A stretch of DNA of 64,000 bases from the NCBI GenBank assembly GCA_002762785.1, contig PCXY01000003.1:70463-134462 (forward strand), written 5' to 3'. This document shows, one piece after another, positions 56,950 to 64,000 of this stretch (position 1 is its first letter; each line of letters begins with the position of its first letter). This stretch comes from Candidatus Woesearchaeota archaeon CG10_big_fil_rev_8_21_14_0_10_45_16. GTDB lineage: Archaea; Nanobdellota; Nanobdellia; Woesearchaeales; GW2011-AR9. The notes beneath the pieces are model-generated. The model saw only the letters and a list, made by a program, of their open reading frames with translations, was not told the DNA's origin and did no database searches. The translations under genes and the position numbers were made by a program.

Positions 56950-57058
56950 GGTATTTAGTTAGCCTGCACGGCACGATTACGGGAGCGGATTTACATAATC
57001 AATTTAGGCTCCCGTGTGCCTCAATGGGCAAGGTAACTAAATACGTACGATTAGGCAA
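56950..57058. repeat. MITE-like imperfect palindrome of about 105 bp
   Basis: Terminal inverted repeats GTATTTAGTTA / TAACTAAATAC with an inner CGGGAGC/GCTCCCG. Flanked by GATTAGGC direct repeats at 56938 and 57047. Followed by (GTGTAC)x3. Confidence 0.3.
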
Positions 57059-57090
57059 AATTTAAATATACGTGTACGTGTACGTGTACC

Positions 57091-57324
57091 ATGGCCACCA
57101 AAACATTAACTATCATGGATGACGTGTATGATCTTCTGCTGAGAAATAAGCTAGAAGATGAAAGCTTTTCTGAAGAAATCAGACGCATCTTATCTAAGAA
57201 AAAATCTAAAAAATTAATAGATTATTATGGTATTATCTCTCACAAAGATGGAGATGAGATAAAGCTGGTTCTTGAAAAGAAACGTGAAGAGAATATAAAA
57301 TTGAAAAAAACGAGGTATCTATGA
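57091..57324 (+). CDS. putative VapB-like antitoxin
   Basis: 77-aa ORF overlapping the start of the PIN gene (ATGA). Confidence 0.5.
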   Translation: MATKTLTIMDDVYDLLLRNKLEDESFSEEIRRILSKKKSKKLIDYYGIISHKDGDEIKLVLEKKREENIKLKKTRYL

Positions 57325-57707
57325 AAGTTTTAGATACTTCTTTTCTTATTGATCTTATGCATGGTGATCCAAAAACCAAGCCCATAGCAGAATTGAACGA
57401 AATCTTACTGACAACTCAGATTAATATGTATGAGATCATGGTTGGTTTATTCTATAAAAACATGAAACCATCAAAATTATTACAAATTCAAGAAATGTTT
57501 GAGAATATCAGGGTTCTGCCTCTAGATGAAAATGGCATTATGCGATCAGCCGAGATTAGTGCTAACCTTATCAAGAGGGGAGAGATTATAGAAGATTGTG
57601 ATTGTCTTACTGCAGGCATAGCCCTTAGTAGGGGAATATCTACTATTGTTACTGCTAACAAAAAGCATTTCCAAAGGATTAAAGGAATCACGGTAGAATC
57701 GTATTAA
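57321..57707 (+). CDS. vapC: PIN-domain toxin (VapC)
   Basis: MKVLDTSFLIDL N-terminus and conserved acidic residues. Confidence 0.7.
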   Translation: MKVLDTSFLIDLMHGDPKTKPIAELNEILLTTQINMYEIMVGLFYKNMKPSKLLQIQEMFENIRVLPLDENGIMRSAEISANLIKRGEIIEDCDCLTAGIALSRGISTIVTANKKHFQRIKGITVESY

Positions 57708-57767
57708 TATAGTCGGTGACTAACACAAACCTTTATATACCTTCTTTCTTTCCTTTTCCCATAAACT

Positions 57768-60083
57768 ATGAGTAAAAAAAAAGGGATGGGTCTAGCAGAT
57801 GGTGTTTTCTCCAGCAGAGGTCAGGTTACAGTCTTTATCATAATAGGTATCATTCTCGTCTTTGCTTTTGCCGGCATTCTTTATGTGACACAAAACGTCA
57901 GCGAGAGTCAGTTAGAGACCCAGGAGACAATACTCACCTCCAGCGTGCCCCAGGCTTTCGCTCCGGTGCAGTTTTATACTGAAAACTGCCTGGAACAGAT
58001 CGCTAAAAGGGGGCTGCTTATCTTAGGAGAACAAGGTGGTTATATCAATCCTGATCTGATCGGCGATTTCTCATTATCTGATCCTACCGAGCATGATGGG
58101 ATTTACCTGGAACCGCTGAAAGTTCCTTATTGGCATTACAACCAGAATCCAAATCAAGCTAATGAAATGGCTTTCGCTTCATTACGTCCTGGAATGACTA
58201 TCAAGGATAATCCTGAACTGAGCATTGAGGCCCAGCTCAGCAGGTATGTCCGTGAGGAGATTAATGGCTGCTTAGAAAATTATGATCCTTTCAGGACCCA
58301 GGGATTCACTTTTTCTGATGTTGCAGTGAATGACGTCGATGTTCGTATTCTTCCACAGGAAGTATTATTCTCGATGGACCTGCCGTTAGAAGCTGCTATC
58401 GGCGATTCCGAGGGTCGTTTTGACCATTTCGTGGTCCGTGTGCCGCTGCAATTACAGCGGTATTATACCTTAGCGCAGAACATCACTTTAACAGAACAGG
58501 AATTTGGTTATTTGGAGAATATTGGCCTTAATCTAGTGCAAATCTATTCCGGCGTTGATCGTGATCGGTTGCCTCCGACAACAGCTACTACTTTCGATGA
58601 AACCAGTTTCATCTTCTGGCAGACCAACAATGTTGAAGAAAAGTTTAAACAGATGCTGGTCTCTAATGTGCCGTTGATTAGGTATTTCTCTGCTGATAAT
58701 TATTTCCGGTATGAATATCCGGTGTCTGACTTGAGCGGCCTCTATCAAAGAACATCTGACGACATGATCATCCCTTTGGGCGGAGCTGAAGGCCTGGAAG
58801 TGCGGTTTGATTATTTTAATTGGGATATTTTCTTAGATATCAATGAAGGTGAGAAGTCTATCGAACCAGCCGAGTACAAGTTCAAGAGTCCTTTGCCAGT
58901 TATCCCTTTTTCGTTCAGTATCCAGAACTATTATAATACCTATGACTTCAGTTATCCGGTTCTGGTTTCGATCACTGATCCTGAAGCTCTTAACGGTGAG
59001 GGATATACTTTTAATTTTGCCATGGAAGCTAATGTCGTCAATAATCGTGTGGCTAAAGCAGATAAAGTGGAACCGGCTGCCGTTTCTTTAGCTTCTAGTT
59101 TAGTCTGTAATGATAACCAGCGCGATACTGAGATAATCAGGACGCTGGTGGTGGACAGCGAAAACGGCGATCCTTTGGAGCTGGTAAGATTAGGATTCCA
59201 AGTGCCGCAGCAGGATTTCTGCGCTATCGGACAGACCGACAGTTCAGGAGTGCTGGAAGCGAGTTATCCGGCGGTATTCGGCGGAGTTATTGATTTTGAG
59301 CGTGAAGGATATTTGACCAATTTTTATCCGATCAATACTTACGAATATAAAGAGCAACCAGGTATTATTGGTTATGCAGCATTAACTGGGCAGAGTCCGG
59401 TGATAGAGATGCATCGCATCAAGACGATTAATGCTACCATCAAACAGAAATCATTGGAGAAGTGCGTTGATAGGAACTGTCCGACCCGCGGCTTCTTTGA
59501 TGGCGCCGATGCTTTGATTTCCTACAAGCCTGATTTAGTTAATGAGCGGCATTCTTGGTCTTTTTCCAATGCTGCCCGCGACCTTGATCCCGAAGAGACG
59601 GGGGTATTAACCTTGCGTCGGATAAGAGATACTAATCCTAGTGTTATTCAAGATGATTTCGCTTCAGCAGTTTCCGTCACCGGTAATCAGGAAGTAGAAA
59701 TACAATTGGTTCCGGGGGTCTATGAAGTGACTGGTCTGGTCTCTCGCGATGAATCTTTATTTGTACCTGAGGATGAACGCTGCACAGGCGGTATCCTGGA
59801 AGCAATTTCTTGTGGGGATAGCGACGGCTGTTGTTATCCGATTGATCCAGTTGAAATTCCGCAGTTTGTAACCGGTCAGGTATCCTGGGATACCGAGAAG
59901 AGTTACTTGGTGATAACACCGGAACAATTATATGGCTCAAAGGAAATTACTTTTTACATTTTAACCTATAACATCTATGACGTGCCCGAAAATTTACGGA
60001 TTATAGAGGATCTGCAGGTTATGGGTAATCTGACCAGCGTATCAAAAGAGCTTAGAAGTTTATTAGAACCGAGGTATAGTTAG
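57768..60083 (+). CDS. large surface protein with a class-III (type IV pilin-like) signal-peptide-like N-terminus
   Basis: KKKG...SSRG|QVTVFIIIGIILVFAFAG: a basic N-terminus, an RG-Q junction, then a hydrophobic helix. 771 aa. Confidence 0.45.
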   Translation: MSKKKGMGLADGVFSSRGQVTVFIIIGIILVFAFAGILYVTQNVSESQLETQETILTSSVPQAFAPVQFYTENCLEQIAKRGLLILGEQGGYINPDLIGDFSLSDPTEHDGIYLEPLKVPYWHYNQNPNQANEMAFASLRPGMTIKDNPELSIEAQLSRYVREEINGCLENYDPFRTQGFTFSDVAVNDVDVRILPQEVLFSMDLPLEAAIGDSEGRFDHFVVRVPLQLQRYYTLAQNITLTEQEFGYLENIGLNLVQIYSGVDRDRLPPTTATTFDETSFIFWQTNNVEEKFKQMLVSNVPLIRYFSADNYFRYEYPVSDLSGLYQRTSDDMIIPLGGAEGLEVRFDYFNWDIFLDINEGEKSIEPAEYKFKSPLPVIPFSFSIQNYYNTYDFSYPVLVSITDPEALNGEGYTFNFAMEANVVNNRVAKADKVEPAAVSLASSLVCNDNQRDTEIIRTLVVDSENGDPLELVRLGFQVPQQDFCAIGQTDSSGVLEASYPAVFGGVIDFEREGYLTNFYPINTYEYKEQPGIIGYAALTGQSPVIEMHRIKTINATIKQKSLEKCVDRNCPTRGFFDGADALISYKPDLVNERHSWSFSNAARDLDPEETGVLTLRRIRDTNPSVIQDDFASAVSVTGNQEVEIQLVPGVYEVTGLVSRDESLFVPEDERCTGGILEAISCGDSDGCCYPIDPVEIPQFVTGQVSWDTEKSYLVITPEQLYGSKEITFYILTYNIYDVPENLRIIEDLQVMGNLTSVSKELRSLLEPRYS

Positions 60084-63000
60084 ATGAATATGCAAAAGAG
60101 CTGGATGAGTATCTTCATGGCGATGCTAGTGTTAACATTGCCCTTCTATTCTGCTTCAGCTCTGGCTGCCAGCGTTTCCGTCACCAGCAACAGCGGTGAG
60201 GACGGTTTTCAGGATGGTTCTTTAAACGGCTGGATCAATGGTGAAGGGGATACCTGGAATTTAGAAGTGGTGGTTGATGATCCTCTTCTTGAAACCATCG
60301 ATCCAAATCAGGTTGTCTTGGTTCTTGGCACAGCCGAAAGACCGTTCCAATCCTGCGCTGATTCCGCTTTAGGCGCTACCTGTACTTTTGCGGAACCGTT
60401 CCCTCGCGGTCTTAATGATGGGGAATACCCATTCTATGTCGAATATCGTTTTATCAATGAGAACGGCGTGCCCGATACTGTCAGAAGCATCCAGCATGTT
60501 CTCCGTTCTGATGCCAGCGCGCCCAAAGTAGAGGGTTTCTCTATCCGTCAGCAGGGACAGGATGTTCTGATGGATTTCAGAGTGACTGATCAACCTGCAA
60601 CCGTCCCTGCCGTGGGCATACGATCCATCGAAGTTTATGATAGTGATACCGGCGCGGTGTTGCAGTCAATCTCTTTGGAACAAGGCGATATCACGTTTAA
60701 TTATATCAATGACGGCGGTTTCGGCGGCCGTTTGCAGTCGTCTTTAGAAGGGCAAGGAAGGATGTCAGTGAAGGTACGGGCGACTGATTATTTTGATCAT
60801 AATGCCGTCAGCTCTGGTGATAATAGATTAACTTTTGATTACGTTCCTCCTCAACCTCTCAATGTTTCGTTTACTCGTCTGGGTCAATTTATGGGCACCC
60901 ATCCGGTAATCAGCGATATGGTCGTTTATATCGATGAGCTCAGCGCCCTTAATGAAGTGCAGGCTTTCAGTTCAGAGGTAGAATTAGCTGGACAGCGGGG
61001 AAATTGTGTTCGTGTTGCTGGTTCCGATACGTTATGGAAATGCACCTGGGCTAACGCAGAAGTCAATCCGAATGCGCAAGTTTCGGTGCGTATCGCTACT
61101 TCAGACCAGTTTCAGAATCCCGTCGACACTACTTTAACCCAAACCTTCACGGTGGACAGCGATCCGCCAGTTCTGCAGTTCTTCGGTTCTGAAAGAACGT
61201 ATCAAGGCGCGAGTTACATTCCTCGTAATAAGGATACTAAACTGATCTTACAAGCTGCAGAACAAGGAGCGGGTGTCGATCTGATAAATGGTATTCGAGC
61301 CAACTTGGTCGATTTTACGGGAGGTTCAGCCAGCGCTCAGGCTACGGAATGCGTCGAACAGGAAGACCAGATCTTCTGCTTCTGGAACGTCAGGTTCAGC
61401 CGCGACAATGATGCTGTCCGTGTCGCCTTGTCAACATTTGAAGACAGAGTAGGAAATGCTGGTGTCGGTGCGGAAGGAACCTTGCAGGAACTTGATCTGC
61501 ATATTGATGATGTTGCTCCGGTAGTTGAGAGATTAGATATTTTTGGCATCTCTGAATCCGGTGTCCATGATTATTTTCAGAGCCGGGATGCGGTCCAGTT
61601 AAATATGGTTGTTGATGAAGCGCATGGCTTATTGATATTGGTCGATCTGCGTGATCTGTTAACTGATGCTTTAGATAAGTTCCCAGAAGGACCTTTCAAT
61701 GAAGCAGGTTGGTTTGCTGTTTCTGAAGAAGATGCCTGTGAACGGGTCGATGCCAAATGGGATTGTAAGATCGAACTTCCTGAACAGATCCGTTCCGGTC
61801 CTGACAGTTCCGTGCCATTACAAGTACGGGTTTTAGATACTGCCGGTAATGCTGCAACTAATTATCCTGATACTGATAATGCTCGATTAACTTCAGCTCG
61901 TGATGGTAAATATTCAATTGATCTGTTAGGTTTAGATGAAAATGAGGTTGATCCTGATTTCTGGGGTATCCAAAGAATCACTAGCCCGGTACCGTTTGTC
62001 GATCTTGAATCGGCTGCTTTGGTGCCGATGCGGGTGCCATATACAATTAATCTTGAAACTAAGAATGACGCTGAGATGCTGAACGTTAAGTTATTAGGCT
62101 GTCAGCTTGGTGAGGGCAGTGATAATGCCACCGGGAAAGGTCCTGATATCGGTAAGGCTTTATTGATGGGCGGTGTCAGTGAATCTCCGCAGATTGTCTT
62201 AGAATTTGATCAGTTTGAGGGGAAAGAATTCTTCGACGTCGAGAAAGATTTTGAAGATTTTGAATCCGCAAAAGTTGAATATGTCTGCAATTTACAATTA
62301 TTCTCTAAGATCGGCCGGGCGGCGGTGCGAGCGGCTGAGAATCAGGAAGTCAAGTTAGAAGTGCGGTTTGGATTGACTGAGCTGGGCAGTAAAGATGAGA
62401 ATATTGATGCGAAATTGGATGAGATCAGGGATGAGGTTGGTTTTAGCATCTTAAACAAGATTCGGTTCTTGGCTGATATTATTAAGTGGGGTAGATACCT
62501 GGCTCAAATTGTTACTATCATTAATAATTTCATGCTGTTGGTTGATGGCTTTATTCATGCTAGTGAAGGATTGAGGATAGTCCCAATTTATGGTTTTTCA
62601 ATTGCAAGCGCTTCTTGTCAGACTAATCTTGGTGTAAAAGCGACTGGATATAGTTTTATGTCCTATCTTCAATGGCCGGCGCAAGTTTTAAGTTGTAATC
62701 CGGCACCTTTTGCTGGCAGTGCGTATGGAACATACCAAAGTGGGGTACTTAGTTATTATAACGGTTGGAAATCTCAAGCTCTTATCGGAGGAAGGGAATC
62801 AACGATAGTTCAATCAGGCAGTTTATATGATAATATCTGGACTTCAGGTTTAGGTCTTTGCCTTCCTGGTGTTATTTATAATTTAGAAAAATACCGCCAG
62901 ATACGATGTGTGGAGATGCAATGCTTGGCTGAAGCTGTTCCTGCTGGAACTTCTACATTTGAAGGATGTAAAAGGATGGGCGAAAGGCTTGAATGTAAAT

Positions 63001-63290
63001 ACTTCTGGGGAGAAGCTGTGGGGATACTTATTCCTTTCACTGGTCTCTTTGAAGCTATCAAGAATTTCATAACAGGAATATTACGAAGTCCGATCAGTCT
63101 TGTTTCAGGTACATCAACTTTGCTTTGTTCATCGTTTTGTCCTACGAATGGTTTCTGGGCAACAGCCTGTGATTGGACTGGTAACGGTTTATTGCTGATT
63201 GAAATTTTTGATAATATCATCGGTCTGGTCGACAGTTATCCTACTGTCACGTACGATGTCTGTTCAGAATATGAGGGCGATATCTTTTAA
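60084..63290 (+). CDS. giant secreted/cell-surface protein (1068 aa)
   Basis: Sec signal peptide (ASALAAS). Translationally coupled to the upstream gene. Confidence 0.45.
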   Translation: MNMQKSWMSIFMAMLVLTLPFYSASALAASVSVTSNSGEDGFQDGSLNGWINGEGDTWNLEVVVDDPLLETIDPNQVVLVLGTAERPFQSCADSALGATCTFAEPFPRGLNDGEYPFYVEYRFINENGVPDTVRSIQHVLRSDASAPKVEGFSIRQQGQDVLMDFRVTDQPATVPAVGIRSIEVYDSDTGAVLQSISLEQGDITFNYINDGGFGGRLQSSLEGQGRMSVKVRATDYFDHNAVSSGDNRLTFDYVPPQPLNVSFTRLGQFMGTHPVISDMVVYIDELSALNEVQAFSSEVELAGQRGNCVRVAGSDTLWKCTWANAEVNPNAQVSVRIATSDQFQNPVDTTLTQTFTVDSDPPVLQFFGSERTYQGASYIPRNKDTKLILQAAEQGAGVDLINGIRANLVDFTGGSASAQATECVEQEDQIFCFWNVRFSRDNDAVRVALSTFEDRVGNAGVGAEGTLQELDLHIDDVAPVVERLDIFGISESGVHDYFQSRDAVQLNMVVDEAHGLLILVDLRDLLTDALDKFPEGPFNEAGWFAVSEEDACERVDAKWDCKIELPEQIRSGPDSSVPLQVRVLDTAGNAATNYPDTDNARLTSARDGKYSIDLLGLDENEVDPDFWGIQRITSPVPFVDLESAALVPMRVPYTINLETKNDAEMLNVKLLGCQLGEGSDNATGKGPDIGKALLMGGVSESPQIVLEFDQFEGKEFFDVEKDFEDFESAKVEYVCNLQLFSKIGRAAVRAAENQEVKLEVRFGLTELGSKDENIDAKLDEIRDEVGFSILNKIRFLADIIKWGRYLAQIVTIINNFMLLVDGFIHASEGLRIVPIYGFSIASASCQTNLGVKATGYSFMSYLQWPAQVLSCNPAPFAGSAYGTYQSGVLSYYNGWKSQALIGGRESTIVQSGSLYDNIWTSGLGLCLPGVIYNLEKYRQIRCVEMQCLAEAVPAGTSTFEGCKRMGERLECKYFWGEAVGILIPFTGLFEAIKNFITGILRSPISLVSGTSTLLCSSFCPTNGFWATACDWTGNGLLLIEIFDNIIGLVDSYPTVTYDVCSEYEGDIF

Positions 63291-63363
63291 GATGGTGTCG
63301 CTGTCTACTTTTTCTGACCAGTTGTCTAAAAAAAAAGGACAAGTCACTATCAATCTTAGACAT

Positions 63364-63924
63364 ATGTCTAAAAAAATAGACGCTCTGGCCATTTTCTTGA
63401 GAGATTATTCTAATTCATATAATGGAAGAGAAATTTCACGCAGAATAAAAGTTAGTCCACAAACAGCATTGACGGTTTTAAACAGTTTAGTAGCAGAAAA
63501 GGTTCTTAGTGTTCAGAGAGATGGAAGAAATAAGGTTTATTCTTTGAACAAGAGTAATCTGCTCACAAAACAGATGCTTCAGGTAGCTGAAATCTCTAAA
63601 GCATCTATGATATTGAATGATTCAGAGTTTCGGTTAATTATTGAGACTTTAATCCCTTTCGCAGAAACTATTGTCGTCTTTGGTAGTTTCGCAAAAGGGA
63701 AGCAAAAAGAGAGTTCTGATTTGGATTTGATAATTATCAATGGTCAGAAAGAAAAAATTAGATCAGCTGTTAAAATATTTCCCCGCGAGATCAACTTTGA
63801 ACTTAGCACTTGGAAAAGTTATGCTGACAGTTTTCGTAAGAAGAATACTTTAGCTATGGAAGTCATAAAAGATCATTTGATCTATGGAAACGTTTTTAAG
63901 GTTGTCGAGGTTTATTGTCAATGA
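63364..63924 (+). CDS. winged-HTH plus minimal nucleotidyltransferase domain protein
   Basis: GSFAKGK...DLDLII matches the GS-x(n)-DxD nucleotidyltransferase motif. The start is taken at MSKKID, because the 63199 track start would overlap the upstream gene. Confidence 0.5.
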   Translation: MSKKIDALAIFLRDYSNSYNGREISRRIKVSPQTALTVLNSLVAEKVLSVQRDGRNKVYSLNKSNLLTKQMLQVAEISKASMILNDSEFRLIIETLIPFAETIVVFGSFAKGKQKESSDLDLIIINGQKEKIRSAVKIFPREINFELSTWKSYADSFRKKNTLAMEVIKDHLIYGNVFKVVEVYCQ

Positions 63925-64000
63925 TGAACAAAGCGGTGACGATGTTTGTATTGTTTATGCTGCTAGGCAGTATGATAGTTGCTGCTCAGGAAGAAGTTGT
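63921..64000 (+). CDS. N-terminal fragment of a secreted protein, continuing beyond the window
   Basis: MMNKAVTMFVLFMLLGSMIVAAQEEV looks like a signal peptide. Confidence 0.25.
   Translation, partial: MMNKAVTMFVLFMLLGSMIVAAQEEV

Noticed and set aside
63199-63363. Track start of the HTH-nucleotidyltransferase gene at 63199
   Set aside because: It overlaps the 3' end of the 1068-aa gene by about 90 bp. The Met at 63364 precedes the winged-HTH domain and is the more plausible start.

Overview
This window looks like an archaeal chromosome segment, probably a small-genome, DPANN-like lineage. The archaeal markers are aEF-1alpha plus ribosomal S10, SecE plus Spt5, ribosomal L15e, RtcB, and two tRNAs with anticodon-loop introns. 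Housekeeping genes present include an H+-pyrophosphatase, MetRS, Dus, a site-2 protease and a family-4 UDG. Several genes are clearly bacterial-type: a group-1 sigma-70, a protein with two tandem Fis-type HTH domains, and a GST. The main finding is at the left end (about 0.3-7.4 kb). This region is conspicuously AT-rich (judged by eye; no GC figures computed) and carries unrelated accessory genes: a RelE toxin/antitoxin pair, a SAM methyltransferase, an LD-carboxypeptidase, a P-loop kinase and hypotheticals. These genes are separated by six co-oriented copies of a ~58-bp composite element. Each copy has a 15-bp palindrome, CATAAC-GAT-GTTATG, whose halves resemble integron R''/R' boxes. The palindrome is followed by a 7-bp-stem hairpin whose stem sequence covaries between copies, and then by a CGTAG-containing mini-hairpin. 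Next to the array is one long attC-like imperfect hairpin with the same CATAAC/GTTATG ends. Beyond that is a direct-repeat-rich attI-like region, directly upstream of an IntI-like tyrosine recombinase gene. I read this as an integron-like cassette array with unusual compact recombination sites. By eye the recombinase looks to be of XerC/D length, without the IntI-specific insertion. Other items worth a second look: an ORF-less cassette holding a GC-rich structured element; a promoter/terminator-bounded ~230-nt structured RNA with an exact RNase P CR-I 12-mer; three tandem overlapping small ORFs; paired cupredoxin-like paralogs around a beta-helix protein; a voltage-sensor-only membrane protein; a MITE-like hairpin; and two giant surface proteins.
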